A DNA stretch of 64,000 nt from Mobula birostris (Eukaryota), in assembly GCF_030028105.1 (NCBI RefSeq), contig NC_092382.1, positions 99,774,699 through 99,838,698 of the forward strand. The letters are read 5' to 3'. Each line of letters opens with the position of its first letter. Position 1 is the first letter of the stretch. A program made the translations under genes and the position numbers. The notes beneath the pieces are model-generated. The model was not told where the DNA came from. It worked only from the letters and a program-made list of their open reading frames with translations, and searched no databases. Below, piece by piece: positions 1 through 13,587 of the stretch.

Positions 1-1140
1 AGGGAAAGGATAACGGGCAAGTTACATACGTAGATAGAGCGTTGACTGATTGGCAGGAAGCAGAGAGTGGGAATAAAAGGATCCTATTCTGGTTTGCTGC
101 CGGTTACCTCTGGTGTTCCACAGGGGTCCGTGATGGGGCCGCTTCTTTTTACGTTGTACTTCAACGATTTGGATTATGGAATAGATCGCTCTGTGGCGAA
201 GTTTGCTGATGATACGAAGATAGGTGGAGGGGCGGGTAGTGCTGGGGAAACAGGGTGTCTGCATAGAGACTTGGATAGATTGGAAGAATGGGCAAAGAAG
301 TGGCAATGAAATACAATGTGGCAAAGTGTATGGTTATGCACTTTGGCAGAGGAAATAAACGGGCAGACTATGATTTAAAAGGGGAGAGAATTCAAAGTTC
401 TGAGATGCAACGGGACTTGGGAGTCCTTGGCAGGATATCCCTAAGGTTAACCTTCAGGTTGAGTCGGCGGTGAAGAAGGCGAATGCAATGTTGGCATTCA
501 TTTCAAGAGTAATATATTATAGGAGCAGTGATGTAAGGTTGAGGCTCTATAAGGCGCTGGTAAGACCTCACTTGGAATACTGTGGGCAGTTTTGGTCTCC
601 ATATTGAAGAGAAGATGTGCTGCCGTTGGAGAGGGTACAGAGAAGATTCTCTAGAATAATTCCGGAAATGAGAGGGTTAACATATGCGGAACGTTTGTCC
701 GCTCGTGGACTGTATTCCTTGGAGTTAGAAGAATGAGCGGGGAGATCATAGAAACATTTCGAATATTGAAAGGCATGGACAGAGGGCATGTAGTGAAGTT
801 GTTTCCCATGGGGGAGTCTAGTACGAGAGGACATCGATTAAGGATTGAAGGGCGCCCATTCACAACAGAGTTGCAAAGATTATTTTTTTTTTTTTTAGCT
901 GGAGGGTGGTGAATCTATGAAATTTGTTGCTACGGGCGGCAGTGGAGGCCAAGTCATTGGGCGTATTTAAGGCAGAGATTGATAGGTATCTGAGTAGCCA
1001 GGGCATCTAAGTTTATGGTGGGAATGCGGGGGAGGTTGCCTAAATGGGAGAATGGATCAGCTCATGATAAAATAGTGGAGCAGACTCGATGGGCCGAATG
1101 GCCGAATTCTGCTGCTACTTCTTATGGTCTTATGATCTTA
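1..1140 (+). mobile_element. CR1-type LINE, 3' RT fragment
   Basis: ORF 67-309 has VTSGVPQGSVMGPLLF and KFADDTKIGG RT motifs; frameshifted continuation; ends in a short cttatggt tail repeat. Confidence 0.9.
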
Positions 1141-1369
1141 AATGACGTCTAATTTGGAAATGACCCTTAGTTCTGCAGATTGCCTGTGGCATCACTGTGA
1201 CTACTTTAAATATATATATATATTCAATTCTAACGTGTTTGATTTTTCTGCATTGATATTTCTGTATTGCGTAGTTCCTAATAAATATTATTAGTTAATA
1301 GCAATTCCGGACCCCAAAGTGTTCTCCATCTCTACTGGTTGTTTAACCCGTCCCGAGGTACGTGACAAC

Positions 1370-2560
1370 AGACAATAGAGAACAGACAATAGGTGCAGGA
1401 GTAGACCATTCAGCCCTTCAAGCCAGCACCACCATTCACTGTGATCATGCCTGATCATCCACAATTAGTACCCTTTTCCTGCCTTCTCCCCATATCCTTT
1501 CACTCCACTATCTTTAAGTACTCTGTCTAAGTCTTTTTTGAAAGAATCCAGAGAATTGGCCTCCACTGCCTTCTGAGGCAGAACATTCCAGAGAACCACA
1601 ACCCTCTGTGGAAAAAGTGTTTCCTTAACTCCGTTCTAAATTGTCTACCCCTTATTCTCAAACTGTGGCCTCTGTGTTCTGGACTCCCCCAACATTGGGA
1701 ATAGGTTACCTGCCTCTAACTTGTCCAATACCCGAATAATCTTATATGTTTCAATCAGATTCCCTCTCGACCTTCTAAATTCCAGTGTATACAACCCCAG
1801 TTGCTCCGATCTTTCAATATATGACAGTCCCGCCATCCCGGGAATTAACCTAGTGAACGTACGCTGCACTCCCACAATAGTTAGAATGTTCTTCCTCAAA
1901 TTTGGAGACCAAAACTGTACGCAATATTCCAGAGCCCTGTACAGCTGCAGAAGGACCTCTTTGCTCCCGTACTCAATTCCTCTTGTTATGAAGGCCAGCA
2001 TGCCATTAGCTTTCTTCACTGCCTGCTATACCTGCATGCTTACCTTCAGTGACTAATGAACAAGGACGCCTAGATGTTGCTGTACTTCCCTTTTTTCCTA
2101 ACTTGACACCATTCAGAGAGCAATCTGCCTTCCGGTTCTTGCCACCAAAGTGATAACCTCACATTTATCCACAGTAAACTGCAGCTGCCATGCATCTGCC
2201 CACTCACCCAACCTGTCTAAATCACCCTGCATTCTCGTAACATCCTCCTCACATTTCACACTGCCACCCAGCTTTGTGTCATCTGCAAATGTGCTAATGT
2301 TACTTTTAATGCGTTCATCTAAATCATTAATGTATATTGTAAATAGCTGCGGTCACAGCACCGAGCCTTGCGGGACAACTATAGTCACTGCCTGCCGTTC
2401 TGTAAAGGACCCATGAATCCCTATTCTTTGTTGCCGTTTGTCAACCAATTTTCTATCGATGTCAGTACCCTACACCCAATACCATTTGCTCTAATTTTAC
2501 ACACTGAACTACTATGTGGGACCTTATCAAAGGCTTTCTGAAAGTCCCGGTACACCACAT
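1370..2560 (-). mobile_element. CR1-type LINE, 3' fragment
   Basis: ORF 1645-2019 KKANGMLAFI...YCVQFWSP...YTLEFRRSRGNLIETYKI is the CR1 ORF2 C-terminus. Confidence 0.88.
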
Positions 2561-2899
2561 CAGGTGACACATGCCAGCAATGGAAAAGTAGTGTTCAGTT
2601 CGCCAGACTTGCTCAGACAGGAATTTCAGTGGAGACGCTTTCAGATCATGTTGCAGTTCTGTGAGACGTTGATGTGGGCGCACTCGTAAAACTGAGTAGA
2701 GAACTTGGTCACGACGCAAAGATGCGGTTGGGCAGGAACAAGGGTAGAAAAGATTTACAGGCATGTACCCAGCCCTAGAGGGCTTGAGGTATGGAGACTG
2801 GTAGGCCATGTTGGGTCTTTGTTACTTGGAACTTACTAGAAAGAGGGACGAAACTGCAGAACTTTCTTTTCAATTTCAACAGACGTAGACGAGATAGAT

Positions 2900-4000
2900 G
2901 ACAAGAGTCGTTTGAGATTTTGGATAGGGGAGTCTAAATCTTGTGGATATGCGTTCAGGTGAGGGAGGAGTGTGGATTAAAAGGAGACGTTAGGGGCAAG
3001 CGAGTAGGAATTATGTTCTCTATGTCAATGATAAAGCTGATGGAATAGATTTTTTTTTTTTTGTTTTGCCAAGTTTGCAGATGGTCCAAATATTGGTGTC
3101 GGAGCGTTTGCTGCTGAGGAAAGACGATTTGCACAGTACTTTAGACAGATTTGGAGATTTGGCAAGAAAGTGGTGAGTGAAAAATATAGTGTTGGTAAGT
3201 ACATGGTAATGCTCTTTCGTAGTGGAAATAAATCTGCAGATTATGTGCTAATTTTGGGGAAAGTCCATTAAATTGTAGTGAAAAGGGGATCCTGAGCCCT
3301 TGTGCAGAACAGCTAAAGGGTTAACATACAAGTAGAATCGGAGGTAAGGCAGGAGACTGAAATGCTAACAGTCATTTCAAGCGGTCTAGTACACAGGAAC
3401 AGTGATGCGGTGCTGGGGCTTTACAAGGCAGTGCTGAAGCCTCAGCCGGAGAATTGAGAACAGTTTTCGGATTCTCGTCTAACAAAGACGTGCTGGCATT
3501 GGAGATGGCCCAGAGGAATCACAATCATGATTCCAGAGATTAAAGGGTTATCATATTAGTACTGTTGGCGTGCTCGGGGTCTGGACACGCCGGAACTTCA
3601 GAAGGAAGAAGTGGGATCTCATTTCAACCTTTCCAATGCTGAAATCCCAAGGCAGATGGATGTGGAAAGGATGTTTTCCAAAGTTCCGTTGTCTGAGATA
3701 AGAGGTTGCAGCCGAAGAATAGAGAGGCGTCTATTTAAAACGGTGAAGCAGAATATGTTCCTTCGCCAGAGGGTGGTGAATTTGGGGGATTTGTTACCAC
3801 ATTCATCCGCGGAGGCCATGTCCTTCGGTTTATTTAAACCAGAGATTTATTGTTTGTTGATTGGACGCAGCATTGAACGTTACTGGGAGAAGATCGGGGA
3901 AAGGGGGTGAGGAAGGGAAGTAAAAGATCAGCCATGATTGAGCAGACACGATGGGCCAAATGGCCTAATTCTGTTCCTATACATTATGGTCTTATTTTCC
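2900..4000 (+). mobile_element. Degenerate CR1 3' fragment, paralogous to 23150-24100
   Basis: Decayed RT C-terminal sequence and CR1 3' UTR; shares unusual substitutions with the 23.4-24.1 kb copy. Confidence 0.7.
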
Positions 4001-4499
4001 TGTGGTCTTAAATCGGTGAGAGTTACGGAGATTTTTTTATTAGTTTTTGCTTAGGCTCAGTACCACGTTGATAAGTTCCAAACGCCGGTGAAGTGCGGGG
4101 AATTGATCGAAACTATGTAGAGAGAAAACGTATATTGCTGCTTCAAGTCTTAATGAATGGTCTCGGGCGCGACGTCGAGACGCTGATTCATTTCAAGAGA
4201 TGCTGTCTGACCTGACGAGTTTCGCCAACACTTTGTGTGTGATTCTGTTCTAAGTTCAAAATTCAAAGCACAGTGATTATCAAAGTACTGTAATGCCCTG
4301 CCTCATACATTTACTGGCATTTTCAATGTATTTCATTTTGCAGATCTGTAAGAGAAATCTGTCCTGCTGTCAACCTGTTTGGGTTACTATTGCAGATAAC
4401 GAATACGTGCTATCAAATTGGTATGGTAGATTTACGGGGTGCTTTTCTTGGCGAGGGCAGGAAGTTTGGTCTTGCCTTTCCTTGGGTCGGCAAGAGATG

Positions 4500-4815
4500 A
4501 GGAGGGAATACGCTGGGAGAACTGATCGGAGGATTTAGTCGGGTGGGAGACCTTTCAGTTCCGGCTGGATTGCAAGCGAGGTTCGGAAGGTGGCGTGTGC
4601 GTCACTTTGACCGAGGGACAGATCGCGAGTGCCAAGGAAGTTCAAGATTTGCTCCAACTTATGCATATTTGACTGTTTAATTGGAATGGGCTTTCTTCTT
4701 TCTGTTCCTCGTTACTAACCCCATAGTTCAGTTACGATTCATAAATATTATCGCTTTAGTCGATATACTGTCTGTTATTTCATGGTACTAATGTGTAACA
4801 GGGTTGCAAATTACA
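4500..4815. repeat. Dispersed, possibly LTR-like segment, paralogous to 24110-24410
   Basis: Shared blocks gatcggaggat, gagtg.caaggaagttcaaga, ttcctcgttact, acagggttgcaaatt. Confidence 0.6.
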
Positions 4816-5304
4816 CCCCAGCAAAACCAAACGGGGTGGAATCACTGCAAACATGTTTCTGTCCACCACTATACCACGCGATGCATTTTGTTGCTAGGAT
4901 ACGCAGTGAATACTTAATAGAATAATAACCACGACAGAATCGATGAAAGACCGCACAAACAGAGGCGCTCAATCGGTAAGAGGAAGAAGACCACTCTCGC
5001 CTGACCTCTGTCGTTAACAAGACTCTTTGAAGATTGAAATGGAGCCCACGGGAAGTTTATTTTTTTCCTGGCATCATGACTGATTTATTATCCTTTCTTA
5101 ACACCATTCTCTTCCTTCCACCCGTAACTTCTGTAACCCATTCTCATCAACAACCTTGCAACCTCCGCTTAAAACATAAGGACAAGCGGGCAGGTTTCAA
5201 TCTGTTTCATCGCCTGGTTATATTCTATGTAACAGCGTAGTATGCAATCTAGATTTATTTTCTGCGAACTCAATATCTTAAAAAAAAAGAACTATTTGGC
5301 ATGC

Positions 5305-5440
5305 NNNNNNNNNNNNNNNNNNNNNNNNNNNNNNNNNNNNNNNNNNNNNNNNNNNNNNNNNNNNNNNNNNNNNNNNNNNNNNNNNNNNNNNNNNNNNNNN
5401 NNNNNNNNNNNNNNNNNNNNNNNNNNNNNNNNNNNNNNNN
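5305..5440. other. Assembly gap
   Basis: Run of N. Confidence 1.
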
Positions 5441-6802
5441 TCGGTGGTGGGAAAATGCTAGAGTCAGTTTTCAAAGATGTGATAACAACACATTTGGAAA
5501 GCGGTGAAATCATCAGACAAAGTCAGCATGGTTTTGTGACAGGAAAATCACGTCTGACAATCTTATAGAATATTTGAGGATGCAACTCGTAGACTAGATG
5601 TGGTATCTTTGCATTTTCAAAAGGCATTTGAAAAGATTCCACACAGGAGATTAGTGTACAAGCTTAAATCACACGGAATTGTGGTACGGTATTGATGTGA
5701 ATAGAGAATTTGTCGGCAGACAGGAAGCAAAGAGTGGGAATAAACGGAACCTTTTCAGAATGGCAGGCATTGACTACTGGGGTACCGCAAGGCTCAGTGT
5801 TGAGACCCCAGTTGTTCACAATATATATTAATGATTTAGACGAGGGAATTAAACGCAGCATCTCCAAGTTTGCGGATGACACGAAGCTGGGCGGCAGTGC
5901 TGGCTGTGAAGAGGATGCTAAGAGGATGCAGGGTGACTTGAATAGGTTAGGTGAGTGGGCAAATTTATGGCAGATACAACTTAATATGGATAATGTGAGG
6001 TTATCCACTTTGGTGGTAAGAACAGGAAAACAGATTATTGTGTGAATGGTGGCCGATTAGGAAAAGGGGAGGTGCAACGAGACCTGGGTGTAATTGTACA
6101 CCAGACATTGAAAGTGGGCATGCAGAGACAGCAGGCGTGAAAAAGACGAATGGTATGCCGGCATTCATAGCAAGAGGATTCAAGTATAGGAGCAGGGGGG
6201 TCCTACTGCAGTTGTACAAGGCCTTTGTGAGACCACGGCTGGAATAATGTGTGCAGTTCTGGTCCCCTAATCTGAGCAAAGACATTCGTGGCATAGAGGG
6301 AGTAAAAGGAAGGTTTGCTAGACTGATTCCTGAGAAGGCAGGACTTCCATACGAAGAAAGACTGGAACGACTAGGCTTATACTCGCTGGAATTTAGAAGA
6401 TTGAGGGGGGATCTTATTGAAGCGTATGAAATTCTAAAGAGATTGGAAAGGCTAGATGCAGGAAGATTGTTCCCGATGTTGGGGAAGTCCAGAACGAGGG
6501 GTCACAGTTTAAGTATAAAGGGAAAGGCTTTTAGGACCAAGATGAGGAAAAACTTCTTCACACAGATAGTGGCGAATCTGTGGAATTCTCTGCCACAGGA
6601 AACAGTTGAGGCCAGTGCATTGTATATATTTAAGAGGGGGTTAGATATGGTCCTTCTACCTGAAGGGATCATGGGGTATGGAGAGAAGGCCGGTACAGGG
6701 TTCTGAGTTGGATGATCAGCCATGATCAGACTGAATGGCGGTGCAGGCTCGAAGGGCCGAATGGCCTACTCCTGCACCTATTTTCTATGTTTCTATGCTT
6801 CT
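5441..6802 (+). mobile_element. CR1-type LINE RT and 3' end
   Basis: ORFs 5710-6045 (GVPQGSVL, KFADDTKLGG) and 6251-6706; tatgtttc tail. Confidence 0.9.
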
Positions 6803-6932
6803 NNNNNNNNNNNNNNNNNNNNNNNNNNNNNNNNNNNNNNNNNNNNNNNNNNNNNNNNNNNNNNNNNNNNNNNNNNNNNNNNNNNNNNNNNNNNNNNNNN
6901 NNNNNNNNNNNNNNNNNNNNNNNNNNNNNNNN
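6803..6932. other. Assembly gap
   Basis: Run of N. Confidence 1.
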
Positions 6933-7474
6933 CTGTGTCTCCACACCGATGAACCGATTGCCAATTAACCAGAGAAAGTATCTGCAACATGATACACGGC
7001 GAAGTCAATGATTTACCGTTGTTTCTGAAAGGACAGGAAGTTATAAAAGTTTGGGAGCGTCAATGGGCACCTGGCCAATTTCCTTGTCCGTTCATTAACC
7101 AAAGAAATAAGGATGCCTTCTTCAAAACGGTGCAGCTGGACTTTGCTGTTTTTTTTCGTGTTTTTTTTATATATATTCCCTTCAACCAGGACTTAGGAGC
7201 AATTGTGACATTGCAAACATCAGGCTCTTGAACGAGAGGAGATAACAACACCCACAGCACCTCTGATAAAACCTGAACCGAACTCGCCGATTTCTCAATG
7301 GCTTGGGGCTTTCCGAATATTTAGAGGTGCATAATATTGCATAATATACATATAGTAGCTATAGCGCTAATTTAAAGCTGTTTTGCAATGAATGCGTTAT
7401 ACTAGTTGTAATATTATTATTGGGACAATATTTACCCGACTCATTTTCTATCCTCTTTCACATTCCTCTTCTAA

Positions 7475-9430
7475 CTCATACATACTGTTCGGGTCAAATT
7501 TAACCTGCTTTGACACTTGACAGCAATAAAACACAATAAATTCCCTTTGTAACCGATATTTGATGATTTCTTTTTCCAAAACTGAGCCAAAATGCACGAA
7601 AATGAAAATGTTTTAAAAAATTATACTTTTGGACAGGTGCTACAATTTTTTTTGTCGATTGAGTTAAATCCGGGACAAATTTGACCTGTATCTATTGAAA
7701 TGGATTTTAGATCCACCTGTGTGGGTCACATCAAGGAAAATGGTGGTTTTCGGGAATCTTAAAACTGTGAAACTGTACGTGCCATATCTGTGTACATTTT
7801 CTTTAATGGGACAGTAGTGACAGCGTTCAATGGGGACCTTGACACTGACACGAAGACGGCCACTTTCCCAGCACATTTGCCCAGGTTCCCACCGAGACAG
7901 CCACCTATTGGTCTTTGAAATATGCTTTTTTTGTGTATTTGCAGCTCGCTGTCGTTTCCGCCAGTGCATGGCTAGCAACCCAGGAAAATATGGCATGAAG
8001 TGATGGGCAGCCTGTGATGCACCTTCCAGTTATGCATAGAATATGCAAATACGCAATGGGAAGCCAGCTGGAGGACCCCGGAGAGAAAACAGGGCCTGCG
8101 CGTCGTGTAAGAGATGACAGAAGGATAAGAGGACACAAGGTGACCTGTGCCAATTTCCTCACGTCTCAACAGCTTGTTCAGGCGGTCCTCAAGAAGAAAA
8201 TCACAATGGTGGGCACGGTGAGGTGGAACAAGCCTGAGCTGCCACCTGCTGTGATTGCATCAAGGGGGCGAGATGTCTTGTCTTCTAAGTTTGCTTTCAC
8301 CCATGACACCACAGTTGCCTAGTATATGCAAAAGAAGGACAAGTATGTCATCCTTATGAGCACAGTACATAAGGTTGCAGAGGTCAGCGCTCAGCAGGGG
8401 AGAATATCAGCCACCATCCTTGACCACAATGCCAACAACGGAGGAGTGGACAACCTTCACAAAGTAACAGGAACATGCAGCTGCAAGAGGAGATCAGCCC
8501 GCTGGCCTCTCGCCATATTCCATAACATCATTGACATATCGACCTGCAATACCTTTGTCATATGAAGTGAGCTGAACCCGACCTGGAAAACCCACTAAGA
8601 AAGGTAGGAGGTTAATTTTGGGGGAGCTTGGAAAGGCCCTTGTAACTCCATTGATGCAAAGGTGACAGCACCTTCCCCGAACAGTAGCCTCAGCAGCACT
8701 GATTAGGTCAGTTCCGCGTTCTGAACCTGCCCCTGATCAACAACAAGTCCCACAACTGCCAAAACAAGTGGACAGAAGAGAAAGTATTGCAACTTCTGCT
8801 CTGCAAAAGAAGGACTGCTAAACAGGGACAATTTGCTGTAAATGTGGGAAAAACAAATGCAGGGGCCACACGCGCAGTGTTTCCGACCACTGCGTTGAAT
8901 GCGAAAACCAGTTTGCAAATACCATTTTTATTTTTTGTATTGTTTGTTGGTTAAAAGTCAGTTATGGTGAAATAATTGTTAGTAGTTACAATTAGATAGT
9001 AGTTATGAGTATATTTTATGATATAGCTGTGAGGACAGTTTTTGATGGTTGTAATAGCCATAAACGTTTATATAATAAACCCCACGGTTCCAGAATGTCC
9101 TTTCCATTTTCAGTTTCAACAAATTTATTTAAATAATTATTGCTGTTATGTTTTCATGTATTAGGTAAAATAACACATGACATTGTGTGATTGTAGTTGC
9201 TTTATCTCCATAAACGATTTTTTTTTCTCTAAAATGCACAGTCTGCCTGCTCTCTGAAACATTAATCAAGGATTAATCACCTATTATTATAAGATAGGCT
9301 ATTTATACATTATAACAAGATCTGTGGTCAAATTTTGGTGTAGACACTTGTTATGAGAGGATTCCTGGGACTGGTCAAACTTGACGCGGACCATACTGTT
9401 AAGGTATACAATATGAACAGTATGTAAGGG
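7475..9430 (+). mobile_element. piggyBac DNA transposon remnant (PGBD4-like transposase, broken)
   Basis: Transposase pieces 7930-8860 (PGKYGMK, VTCANFLTS, MVGTVRWNKPELP, YVILMST, GGVDNL, RWPLAIF, C-terminal Cys-rich); right end ...cagtatgtaaggg followed by TTAA 9431-9434; left end ctaa|ctcatacatactgttc matches its reverse complement at 16/20. Confidence 0.85.
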
Positions 9431-11091
9431 TTAATCCCGCAGATTGCAGTGTTTTTCAAGCATTGATTTATGTATGTTTTGTGTGTTTGCAATAGCTTTC
9501 ACTATTGAATAAGTTGCTATTCTTTGTCTATCCTCTGTACCTATATCCGGACGGTTATTATGGATTGCTCCATCTGTAATTACTGCTCGGTAGTCATATA
9601 ATTTGTTACAATCTGACTCTTATATTTATAGTAAGTTGTTGTGTCTTTTCTGTTTCTCAGCAGCTGGAGAAACCTCATGTCCGGACATAGCCGATAAAGC
9701 ACATTTCTTATCTGCTCAGAACATTCAGACTGTCCTGGTAGTGTTTAATACTGTGGCCTTCTGGAGATGTCCAGAAACATTACGGCGGAGGTCATTTTCT
9801 GATTGGACAGCGGTAATCAGTGGAGTTTCGCAGCAATCGGTGTTGGGACCCCTTCTTATCGCGTTGAACGTCAATGATTTGGATGAAGAATTTGAGCGCT
9901 TTGTGACAGGGTTTCAGACCCATGTGAAGGTAGATGGAAAGGCAGATGGAGTTGAGGAAGCACGGTGCTTGCAGTAAGTTTAGACAGACTGGAGAAGTGG
10001 CAAAGAATTATGAAGGAATATAATGTAGGGAAATGCCCAGACTTACTCTTTGGCAGAGGGAATAAAGGTGTGAACTATTTGGTAAATGGGAAGATCATAT
10101 GCATTGAAAAATCAGCGTACAGAGCCACGAGACAATCTGAAGATTGAGTTTGTGGTAAGGGAGACAAAGGCATTTTAAAATCCATTTTCAGAGAACTGGT
10201 ATATAAAAACAACTCCTTCACCGTGTAATAAATTTATACTCTCTGTACAGGCCTGCACTATTTTAACAATGGGGAGAATATTGAAACAAGCAGAGGTGCA
10301 GAGCCTTTCGGGAAGATTCCCAGCAGGGAAACTTGCAGAAAGGTGAAGAAGCCAAATCCAATGTTAGCATCCATTTCCAAGGGACTGGGATATAAAAGCG
10401 AATCTTTCGCAACATATTAATCTATATAATCTTCCTAGTTTCCGCCTCACAAGCACGTTAGACGGGCAGCAAATCCTGGAGGTTCTGACTTTTAACTTAG
10501 CTTTTAACTCCTGGAACTGCCAGTGCAGAACTTCGTCACTCATCGTACCCATGTTATTGGTAACTCAAAGGGCCACCAATTCCAGCTTTCCACACTCTCA
10601 GTTAAGAATGCTGAGAAATCGATCCGAGGTATCCCTGACGTTGTTGCCGACAGAACCACCTGTCACGTCCACTTCCCTTCTGAGTCACAGAAATAAACCA
10701 AGTGCCTGAGACCCGAACGCTGTGACTGAACACTGTCAGGTGATTCTTCAGTGCGCCCCCACCACCCGCCTGCCCTCCCCACCCCCCGCCAGAACTCTGC
10801 GACGGCATCCAAAATATTTGAAAACAATCTATACAATAATTATTGTCTGCAAACAAAGGGTTAACTGCACCTGTCATTCCGTAGAACCTAATTAAGGGAG
10901 TTCCCGTGGGGTTTGTCGATGTCACCGCGGAGGTGTGGCTGCTGTTTGCCTGGTCTATTAATATGTACGGTAATAACCTCACAACGACAGTTTCAGTGAG
11001 AGCCGCCAGTCTACGCTGTCAGAGACCAGCGGCTGCAGACAGAGAGAAGACAGAGGCTGGATCGGGAATCCGGAATCTGACTATCCCAGCA

Positions 11092-11272
11092 ATGGATCAT
11101 AACCTGCGAAATATATCGCGGAGTGCTCCTGGAGTTGAGCAGAATATTTTCTGGGCGTATCAATATCTTGTTGAAAATTATGAATGGCTGACGTTGGAAT
11201 CACGTATCTTTTATGCGCTTCAAACATTCAGACTGGTTTACTACCCTGTACTCGCCATTGTAGCTCTTCCTG
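11092..11272 (+). pseudogene. GPR139-like GPCR copy 1, exon 1 (N-terminus and TM1)
   Basis: ATG 11092, MDHNLRNIS...YYPVLAIVALP; 181 nt with phase-1 donor G|GTAAGT; same length as copy 2 exon 1. Confidence 0.85.
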
Positions 11273-11399
11273 GTAAGTGTCTCGTCTCTTCCTCATGATT
11301 TACGTTGAAAAATATAAGTCAGCTTCTCTTTCATACCTGTCTTCTTACGACTCGCCAATTGAAAGGCAGGTTGCTCCAACTGGTATCGTTTCAGCAAAC

Positions 11400-12850
11400 A
11401 TCGGCTGAGTGTATTTGATAAGATATACCATGCAAGGCTTATGGTGAAAGTAATCAGGAATGTGATCCAAGGGGCTATTGCTATGTATATACAGAAATGG
11501 CTTCTTATACAGAAATTGCCACAGAAGGCAACGTGTTATATATACAGAAATTGCCACAGAAGGCAACGTGTTGTATATGCAGAAATTGCCACAGAAGGCA
11601 ACGTGTTGTTGCAGACAGTTATATTCTGCACTGAGGGCGGTGACTCTGCACTGAGGGCGCTGACCAGGGGTATACCTCAAGGATTTATTCTGGAACGCGA
11701 ACTCTTCGTCATTTTTATAAATGACCTGGGGAAAGAAGTGCAGCGATGGGTCAGTAAATTTGCTCATCACCCAAAATTGGGGTGTTTTGGAGAGTGTTGA
11801 TGGGATGGAAAACTGCTGTAAGAAGAGGCAGATGGAGTTCAACACAGATAAGTGTGAGGCCATTCATTCTGGCAGATTAAATATGATGGAAGTATATGGT
11901 ATGAACGGAATTAAATGAATGAATAAGTAGCTCCAACGTCTCACCAGTTAAACAAGCAAAAGGTCACGTGGGCATCATCACTGCCGTGATCTCTCGCCGA
12001 CACGAAGAATGCAGAGGAAACTGACGGCATGCAGTAGGATATTAGTATATTCAGCGAATGTACCAGCGTCTGGCCGTGGAGTGAAAATTTGGTAACTGTG
12101 GGGTTATCCACTTGGAAAGGCAAATGTAAGAACAGAATATTAATGAAGTGGTGAACGATTGCGGTATGCTGCTCTGCGAAGGGACTTTGGAGTGCATGTG
12201 CTTGAATCACAGAAGGTTAGTTTGCAGGTGCAGCGGGATATCAAGAATACAAATACGATGTTTATGGAGGTTATGTGCCAACTGCCCAAGGTACTGGTGA
12301 GGCGGCATTTGGAGTACTGTGCTGTTCCGGTCTCCCGACTTGAAGATGGATAAACTGGCTGTGCAGGCGGATCTCCAGTTGATTCCAGAGATGAGGTGGT
12401 TGGACTATGAATGGAAATCTAGTCGACTGGAATCGTACTAGCAGGAACTCAGAAGAATGAGAGGAAATATGTTGGAAACATATAAAATTATGGAATGGAT
12501 AGATAAGATAGTGGCAGGAAAGTTGTTTCCAGTGGTAAGTGAGACTGGAGCTACGGGACATAGCCTGAGGATTCTGCGGAGTAAATTTAGGAAGGAACTT
12601 CTTCTCTTAGAGGGGGCTGAATCTGTGGAATTCTCTGTTCAATGAAGCAGTGGAGGCAACCTCAATAAATATATTTAAGACTGGCTGGGATAATTTTTGC
12701 ATAGCAGTGGAATTAATAGTTATGAGGAAAAGGTAGGTATGCGGCGATGAGTCCATGGTCAGATCAGCCAAGATCATCTTCACTGTTAGATCATGCCTGA
12801 TTGAAAACATGGACTGTTCCTGCTCCAATTATTAATCTTCTTATGTTCTC
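11400..12850 (+). mobile_element. Decayed CR1 in GPCR copy 1 intron, paralogous to 34640-35900
   Basis: RT remnants (GIPQGFIL, FINDLG, KFAHHPKLG) and CR1 3' end. Confidence 0.75.
11506..11610 (+). repeat. About 35-bp tandem repeat, 3 copies
   Basis: Unit tatacagaaattgccacagaaggcaacgtgtt repeated; only one unit at the paralogous site near 34760. Confidence 0.85.
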
Positions 12851-13587
12851 GTTTTCTCTCGTGTATACAGTTGAGTGAAGTTGAATTTCTGTCACCTTGA
12901 TATTTAGTACATTAATTAGTTCATTTATCTCTCAACAATTCCCGTTTGCATCTCGTTCTCTCTGGTGCCAAAGATCAGAATACATTCCAGCCATCGGTTG
13001 CTATGACTGCTTTGCCCACAAGGCTCGGCAGCTAAATTCGGTCATTCGAGCACCGAGCCTTCCCCGCCATTCGACCGTAACTGATTCATTATCGCTCTCA
13101 ACCACATTCTGGCGCCCATCCTGTAACCATCAACGACCCGATGAATCAAGAGCCTATCTCTCTCCTCAACAAAGGTTCAAATGACCTGCCTCCCACAGCC
13201 GTCTGCGGCGATGGATTCCACACACTCGTCTGTCTCGGTCTGAAGAAGTTACTACCCATCTCCGTTCTAAATAGATGTCTTTCTATTGTGAAGCCTCGTC
13301 TTCAGGTTGTCGACTCCCCCACGACAGAAGCAACCCTCCCCACGTACACGATATCAGGGCCATTCAATGTTCGATAGGTTTCAGTGAGGTTCCCCTCATT
13401 CCGCTGAACTTCAGCAGGTACATTATAATCACTACCGATTTAATAACTGTTCCCAATAATCTCCTCAGCAGATACATTAATTCCATGTTCCTCTCTGCTC
13501 TCGGAAGTGCTGTAGATTAAAATAATTGTTTTCAGAGAATGCTTCCACCCAAATATGTGTCAATGGTCTTTATTTCCCTCCGCACAG

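Noticed and set aside
5242-7011. ORFs containing X runs (also 24646-25207 and 45808-46317)
   Set aside because: Artefacts of translating through N gaps.
11506-11610. 35-bp repeats as a CRISPR-like array
   Set aside because: Head-to-tail with no unique spacers, inside a vertebrate CR1 remnant.
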